The position numbers and the translations under genes are program-made. From the IMG/VR virus record IMGVR_UViG_3300023174_000065: a stretch of 64,000 nt of DNA, one strand, 5' to 3'. Each line of letters begins with the position of its first letter. The stretch's first letter is position 1. Below the pieces are notes generated by a model that was not told the DNA's origin, did no database searches, and was given only the letters and a program-made list of their open reading frames with translations. The DNA is from a virus. Positions 1 through 9,000 of the stretch are shown here, one piece after another.

Positions 1-3000
1 CGCACTGAACAGATATGACTGTATTGTTCCTGCACTGAAGAAAGTAAATTCTGGAGTATTTAAGTTATCCACTAAGCTATAATCAACTCCAAATATTGCC
101 GGAATTCCATTAATTGTAACATATGTACTTGATCCAGCACTGCCTATTGCATCAAATAGTACGGGAGGCGAATATTTGCCACCTGGCGCAGAAAAAGTCT
201 CAACATTATAATCTATTAAAGATATAGTTCCTGCATGAATCGATGTCAAGCTAAGAGCACCTAATCCAGGAGTTGTTGAAGTGAACCTAAAAGTATTATT
301 GGTAAAATCTATCACGTATTCATTTTTGTTCAATTTTCTATTATTAAACACTGCAATTACAGAATCAATATTAGTAGGTTTTAGACCTAGACTATAAGTG
401 GAAGTGGATCCGTTCACTGTATACAATTTATTAACGATGTTAGGTTGTACCAAAGGAGATTGTGTATAAAGACTGATACCAACTGATTCCATAATCTGAC
501 CAGGAACACACTCTTCCGGAGCAGGACTATTATAAGAATTTAAGAAACCATCGTCGATCATTCCTGTCATAAATCTAGTTGATGTTGAGCCACCATCTAA
601 TATTATTTCACTAGGAGTTAATCCTAGAGCGGTAGTGTATGCCATATTGCCGCCATTAATAACGGAGTCCAAGCTTCTTTCAATATCGTATATTTGCAAT
701 GTTCCATCACTATCAGAGTGCCTGAATTCAATTAGCGTACTCGTTGTCAGGAAAGCCGAAGAAGGAATGGTGATCACAGTCTGAGTGGTAGCCGAAACAG
801 TTGTTGTGAACTCAGATTTTATCACTGCTCTTGCGTATGCTTGTATCGTGGATGGTCCAGTGATTGTAACTACTGGAGTAGAAGTGTATCCTCTGCCGCT
901 ATTTTGTAATTCTATACCAGTAATTTGGCCTAACACATTCAGTATTGCAGTGGCGGTTGCAGCAGTTCCACTGATAGAATTAGGCGAAGATATTGTCACT
1001 GTTGTCAATGAAGATACATAACCTGAACCTGACACAGTGACTTCTATATTGTCAATTGCTCCTGATCCTATTCCAATAATCGTAGGAACTATTGCAGATC
1101 CCGTGCCGTCAATTCTAGTCTTATTTAGGTAAACATTAACTCTTGTTCCAGTACTGATTATAGTATCGGTAAGAACAAATGTCTGCGTACTCGTAGAATT
1201 TGTTGAATATGAAATATAACCAGATTCTAAAGAATAATTATCCCATGTCGTAGTCCCAAATGGCAACATATCCCAACCATTTGAAAAATCAAATGGCAAA
1301 GTTTCAATTGATAAACCATCATAGGCCACTCCCGACATCAACTGCTCGGGATCTTTTCCAGGCATACCAGCGGTTGGTTGATAATAGTATTCAATTCGAT
1401 CTACTGCTGTGTAAAACGACAGATTTTTTAAATAACTAATTCTAATTCTATCAAATTTATTAGGAATATACTGTAATTTAAGAACAGCATATGATTTTGT
1501 ATAGCTATTATTAAATTTTTCTTTTCGATATTCTATTGTATAACTATCATAAAGCTGTAAAGTATCGTTGACATATAGGTCTATATCTGCTTTGTTTAAA
1601 ATAGGTACCCATGTTAAATCAAATGAGACTTGGTTATCTATAGCAACAAACGAGTCGGTCCATGTTGATGTGCCAATTTCTCGTTGACCAGTCACTCTAT
1701 CAAACTTTAAGGCAACAGTGTTTGTTCTAACTGGACTTTTGCCTAGTCTAGCATACACCCTTGCAGGAGTTAGAGCACCATTTCCTCCTCCGTTGATAAC
1801 AACAGTAGGCGCAACAGTGTATCCATTTCCAGGATTTGTCACAATAATGTCGGTTATTTTTCCTAACGCAACATATGCAATTGCAGTTGCGCCATATCCA
1901 GTATCATTTGCGGCGGCTATTATTGAAATAGTTGGCACTGCATTATAACCAGATCCACCATCAAATACAGTTATTGACTCTATGCCATGAGTGTGATTTT
2001 CAAACCATGATTTCCAAGGATACTGTAATAGTTTCTTATTTCCAAAATCAACATTAGTAAAATTAGATGTTGAAGTATTGTAATACACTGGCAAATCAAA
2101 GTCAGTGGTGAAACTTTGAGTAAATTCCGTACTGGTATATGCCTCTACAAATTTTCTAATTTTTGTATGATATGGTTTAATTTCTTTTAAGAAATTTTCA
2201 TAATTTTTGCTATTTTGTAATTTGTAGGAATGACGCTGATCCAAACTACCCAAATTATTTATTACTGAAATAAACGTAGTTTTGAATGCCCAGTCTAAAT
2301 TTTTCTGCTCAGTCATTGCATATCGAACAGCTTTGAAGAAAAGCTGATTCCAATATATCTTTAAATTTCCTACGAATATATCATCTTTTAATGCTGTAAC
2401 GGCATAAAAAATTTCTTTAGAAGGTGATTGATCGAATTGAGTTTGGTCAAATCCAGCACGTTGATCCCATGCATACAATGATCCCGATAGGTTCCATAGT
2501 GGTTCAAGGAATTGTATAGTGCCATTTTGAGAGTACACAATATTCCAATTATCATCGAATGTGCCGCCAGTGCCAGCGGTTCTTTCAAGTATCAAATATC
2601 TTCCGTCACCGCCGTTTTCAACTTTAATATAACTGCCGATGTCCAACGACTCCCATGCATCAAGTGCAAATGTCGAGGATATTTTTGCAGATATTTCCAT
2701 TCGAGAATTATAATTAGGACTCATCCAATCTATATATTTCCAGTACTGAGTAGTGTCATATTCCTGTGTCCTGGACTTGTTCCAACGCTGTCTCTCAACA
2801 TCCCACTCATATACTGCCCACTTGCCATTAACCGTGGAATCAGTCTGCACCACTACAGTAAAGGGCCTAACTGTAATAGTTGCATAAGTGTATTGACTAC
2901 CAGGATTTATTATAGATACACGAACAACGCGACCAGATTCATCTATTCCATCCTTTTCAGGAACAATGATCTCTGCTCCCGTTCCGTCACCTGTAATCAC

Positions 3001-6000
3001 AAGCGTCGGTGATACTCTATAATCTGATCCAGGATCAACAATTACAACTGATGAAATTTTACCATTTAAATCAATTATTGGCCTAATATCTGCTGATTTT
3101 ATACTCTTGACATTTACAAGCTCAAGTGCGTAAATGTCTTCAACTAGTAAATCATAGGATGCCGCTGCTGGAATATGATCTTTTGATTCCAGATTCCCAA
3201 AGTTAATTTTATCGGTAATCAATAAAGATGCCAATATTGTATTACTGAATTCCATGATATTACGCATTGCTTCTAGTGGATATTTGAAGAGACTCTGCTG
3301 TGGTCTAATTCCCAGTCCATATCTAACCTTTTCTGGCAAGTTAGGAAACGGTACTGCATTTCCTATTTCATCATGCCCTATTAAGCTATCTATCAATTTT
3401 TTTTCTAATAATGCGTTTGGCTTACTATTAGGATCATTTTCTTGCAATAATAGCCATTCAGTGTGCCTATTTGCAGAATTTCTGGTATAATCAAATGTAA
3501 TATTAAGATTAACATTATTTGACACAAGAGCAGGCTTGATATTTGATATCATGGCCGATGTTGGACCTAGAATTGCTATTGATTTAATCCCTGAACCAAC
3601 AGGATCAGCTATTTGTGATGCAACACTAAATGCAGTAAGTTTCCTATTATGAACGTTGTCAGGAAGAATATTTTTGTTCTTTACCCAGTAATAGTATACA
3701 TTACTAAACGAGTTTGAAACTGAATTATATACCTGTTTTACCGACATTACTGTATTTGTGGCAAATTTTGGCTGGCCGCTTATTCCTCGTGCCAATCCAT
3801 CCGCAGTGTCTGCAAAAGTGCTCCACTCTATTGGCAAGAATTCCGATTTTACCCACTCATAAACGTCAATTGTACATCCAGGAAATAAACGATTCCAATT
3901 GTTTTTTCTATATTCCAACTCACCCTGTTCGTACCATACAAATTTTACATTAGAAAGATCCCACCACAATTCACCCACATGCTCATCAAGCCAGTTAGAA
4001 TTTGTATCAACATTTGTACTATCAATGCCAATACTGTAGATTGCAGGATCATAAGGTGTGATAAATTTTAATTCCTGCTTTGCTGTTGCCAAAATATCAC
4101 CCTTAACTGGATCAATAATGTCAAGGTAATCTTTGACTTGTTGTGTTTTTGAATCAATAGTTGATGCTTTTTTAACTAGTGTTAGATCGACCAGTGGTGA
4201 ATTTTGTCTGAGAAGTTTCCATGCATTTACAGACACTTCTTTTCGATCATAGATGTAGACCTGACCTCGGCCTTGATTGTATGAACTCAACAGTGACGGT
4301 GCACCAACACAAATAGTCTTTGAAGTAACTGATAAACCTGATCCAAATGAGCTTCCCAAATTGACTGAGGATGAAGGCAATTCTTGTGCGTAAGTCCAAA
4401 ATTCTCCATACTTGTAGTAAACATGAACTGTTCCAACATCATAAACTACATCATAAAAGGTGGTCGTTCCTGTATCAAAATCTGTAGTTGAATTCCTAAC
4501 GGGACTTGTAGGATCATTCACATAAATTGTACCATATAATGAGTTTGCAATGGTACTTCCTAGTCTTGTTGAGTTTCTATCATAAGTTGTTGTACCAGAA
4601 TATATACTATTCTTGGTCGAAATCACTAACTCAGTCTCAGTTTCATCCAATGCAATATCATACCCAAATTCCAATTTACCAAATTCAAATGGCGAATCCA
4701 GGCGCTGATTGAATGAATAATTGGTACCTGTCCACATGAAAATATCGACTACACCTGTATTGTTTCCTCTAGCAGAATCATTATAATTTTGTGTACCAAT
4801 AAACAAAAACTTTCCATCTTTTGTTAGTTTTATCGTTGATCCAAAATTATCAGATGCTCCAAAAGTAACTGGAAGTTCAGAGCTATCTCCTGATATTATT
4901 TTCAACTGCTCAAGTACATTGGTTGTAGAATTTTCACGATATACAAATACTGCACCGGTTGATCCCAATGTATTATTAATTCCTGGAGCAGTTACGGCAA
5001 CAATACTATTATTCCAATTTGCCGCAATATTTGTACCAAAGTTACTTCCTGTAGAAATAGAAGGCGAAGTTCTACTAGAATATGTCACATTGACCGAAGT
5101 TGTTACACCAACGGTATAACGATAAATTGCACCTATGCCATTAGCATATCCAGGAGAGCCAACAATTAATTTTGATGTCTGAGTTGAATACGCCAATGAT
5201 TTTCCAAATCGAGTATTGTTTTCAGGATTAGGAGTTGTTATAACGGTCGCAGTCGTCTCTGTTCGTCCATTTTCATTAATTATGGATAGTTTTACAACTC
5301 CCTGGTTGACAAATTGATTAGAAATACCCGATGCAGGATTAACTACTGTATTTGTCAAGGTTGATTTCACACTTGATGCACCGGATGCTCCTGCAATAAC
5401 CAATGATATTCCTGAATCAAACGCAACTGCTTCTCCAAAGAAACTAGTTTCAGTTCCATCATAGTATGTAATATTATCTTTATTAATAGAATAGCTAAAA
5501 TTAAATCGAGGATTACTATCGGCATTTCTAGTTAGAACGGAAATACGGCCAGTGTAACCGTAGATGGTCTCTTTGTATGTAGGAGATGATACGATGATAG
5601 TGGTAGTATTGACATTCTGAACAATTTTATAACCATACTGTTGACTGGTAATATCAGGCGCTGGAGCAGATATAACACTGGTAACTGTTGTAAAATTATC
5701 AATTTTTTGATATACTGCCCAATTACCGTCGCCCTTATCATCAATCCACATTAGTTCGCCGATGCGTCGGTCAGTATCATATGATAAACTGTTAGTAGCT
5801 GACCAGTTTAAATCTGACATTCTAGAGCTTTTAAATGTGTGTAATAATCCTCCTAGAAAATCAGGCAATACTGGCAATTCAAAAAGTACAGAGAATACTG
5901 TAAATTCTGTTGGACTGATAATTCGTGCAACTACATAACACCGATCAACATCAACTGCAATGCCTGTTATACTAACAATATCATTTGTATTGAGTAAATG

Positions 6001-9000
6001 TGGTCTACTGGTAACAAAAGCAGTTTCCTGACCAGAAATATAGATTTCAGCAGCAATAATCTTAGTAGCAACTTTGGTATATCGTAATACATCCCAATCT
6101 CTACTCTCAGTGTAACCTAGCCAAATAGCCGTTCCATCAGTGAGTGCTGCATTATTTGAAATATCTAAAATACTATTTTTATTAAAAGCAGTCAATGATA
6201 TATCATCAAATCTAGGATATCCCGCAACAGGTATTTCAAAATCTGTGTACACAGTGGATGTAGTCAGAGTTGGGAACGCCTGTTCAATATCAAAATTATC
6301 AGGCGAAATAATCACATCATTAATATCTTTGTAATAAATGGAGTCAGCAACATCAGTTGGTATTGTATTGACAAAGCCAATAATCTGTGGATTTTCAATA
6401 AATTTTGTAGGATCTAGAGGTGTTTCCAGTTCTTGATAAGTATTGAATCCACCATAATATCCAATGCGAAATGCCCACTCCTCGTTGAAATCTATACTTC
6501 CACTATCATTGATTAGTGTAGATTTGCTCAACTTAATCAAAGGATTTTTTGTACCCTTTTCACGAATATATCCCTGATAGAACTTATATTCCGCAACTGA
6601 ATTGCCAATAATATTGTTAAGATAAGGTCGTGGCAAGTAACCAACCAAATGCTGTGCCATGCGCTGTTGACCTGCATCAAAATTATCAATATCAAGACTA
6701 TAAAAATCTTCAAATTGATTAATCTTATAATCAAAGTTTGGATATAAAGTTGATTCCGGTTTACTACTCAAAAGGGTCCAACTAGTTAGATCAAAGGACT
6801 GACTGCCTTGTACTGACTTTGTGGCAGAATAATAATTGCCAGAAAACCGTACAACCTGACCAATTTCATAACTAGTAAATTTTTCCCAATCAACTATCGT
6901 TGCTCTATCAAATATAAATCCTGGACTAAAAAAGTCTCCATTCCAATTTTTAGTTCTGAATCCCTGAAGTTTTACCCTACGCTGACGATAACCTGTTTCA
7001 ATATCATATATAACATCATTAAACAGACTATAATTGTTAAAAATTAATGCATGTTCTTTTTGAACAAGATTTAATTTGGCAAAATATATACCATCCGTGG
7101 CATTGACCGTTGATATTGTGAAGTTTCCATCCGATCGAATCAACGTAAATCTATTTTGTAGGAATGGTGATCCATCTGCTCTAAGCAAACTATACTCATA
7201 AAATTTATTGAGTATGTTATCAACTATTCCAGTATTTGAATAAAAGTTCAGTTTATTTGCAAACGGACTCAGAGTTATAACTGAATTAGTTGTCCAATTC
7301 TGAGTTGTCCAAAATAAAAATTCTTTAGCACTAAGCGTCCAATCAGAAATTTCACCTAAATCATTTACAAAGTCATCAAATATAAATCCTTTAGATACAA
7401 GCCAGCGCCCATAACCGATAATAAAATCATACACTTCTTGTATAGTTTCAAAGGTGGTACCATAGGGAACATTCTTTGCAGTATCTGAAAATAACGAGCG
7501 AGTAGACACACTTATTCCACCGATCATTGGCAAATAAGGAAGACTTTGATAATAAGACATCACGAAGTCTACACCACTATTGTGCTTCTGTTTTGACCGA
7601 TAGTACCTGTCCATATAAAATACAATCTGACCAAGATCATATATAGAATTTGCCTGCCAATTTACAAAATTTTCGGATCTACCTCCAGAAACTTCAAGTC
7701 GGTCAGTTGCAACTGGTACTGGCTCAAATACTGTAAAGAATGGTTCATATTTGTCATAACCTCTAACAGAGAATCCCGTGAGAGTCTTTTGTACTATTAT
7801 TCCAGAAATTCCCAAAGTCTGTATAGGTGAACTTTGATTAAAAAATATCTGATAGTCTTCAGATGGCAATAATACTCCAGGATATGGACTCGTAGGATCT
7901 ATAGAGTCAATTGAGATTTGAAGTTTGTCTTTGCTTACAAATCCGCCTAATTTTACCATCAAATTATACGTAACGTTAGACAAATCATTTTTTAAGGAGG
8001 TAAGATATTTTGCATCATTCATTAGTCCACGTTCAATTACAAAAACACTATAACCAGAAGCAAGTACTCTAGTGCCGTTAACAACATCACGATATAGAGA
8101 AACCTTTGACAAGTTTAAAAACTGATGACTTTTTCCATACTTATATTGATTAAACTTATTTGCTATCAACCTATCAGGATCAAACATAAAAGCTGCATAA
8201 TCGGCCGGCTTAGTAAGCGCTGCAACAATTTGATAGATAAATGGCCAATAACTACTCTTTCTCCATGAGGTTTCGGCCGGACCTTGGTCTCCCACTATCC
8301 AATCACTGTCAATATTAATGCTTCTGATATTAATAATTCTTTTAGGATCACCAGGATTAATTATAGCAGTTGTGACCAGTCCAGTATCTGTTGGACTTAA
8401 TAAATTACCACTATCATCAACTGGAATAAAATTAGACAATCCTGGTCTTGAATACAAAGAATGTGTTCCTGCGCGATCACCACTTGCAATCTTGCCAGAT
8501 TCCAAGTCATTCCAAAGAATTGTATTTCCACGAGTATAAGGAGAAGGTCCATACTCGGTATTCCACCATTCAGGTTTTTCAGTAAATCCTAGCATTTCCC
8601 ATGGATGAGTATGAGGACGATCAGTGTCATAGAAAAATTTATATATTGCTCGCCAGTGTCCTGGCATTCTACGCTTGTGTATTCCATCAATCATTCCAGA
8701 ATAATTAAATGTAAACGTATCCAACTGATCAAATGTATTATTAGTTTGATAATCTACCCCAAAATTACCTGCCCACTTTAATATATCGGGAGTAATAATA
8801 TCGGTAATCTCATTTATTGAATAGTCAGTTGTTCTAAATGCACCTGGAATAATTGAGTTTATGTCGATCAAATGTCTCTTATAATCTGTTTTTATATTAT
8901 TATAAACACGAATTTCAAATTCTAATAAAACATCATCTCTATAGTCACCAAATGCAAGAGTGATACTACCATCATGACCCTGAATAACCAAACGAGGATC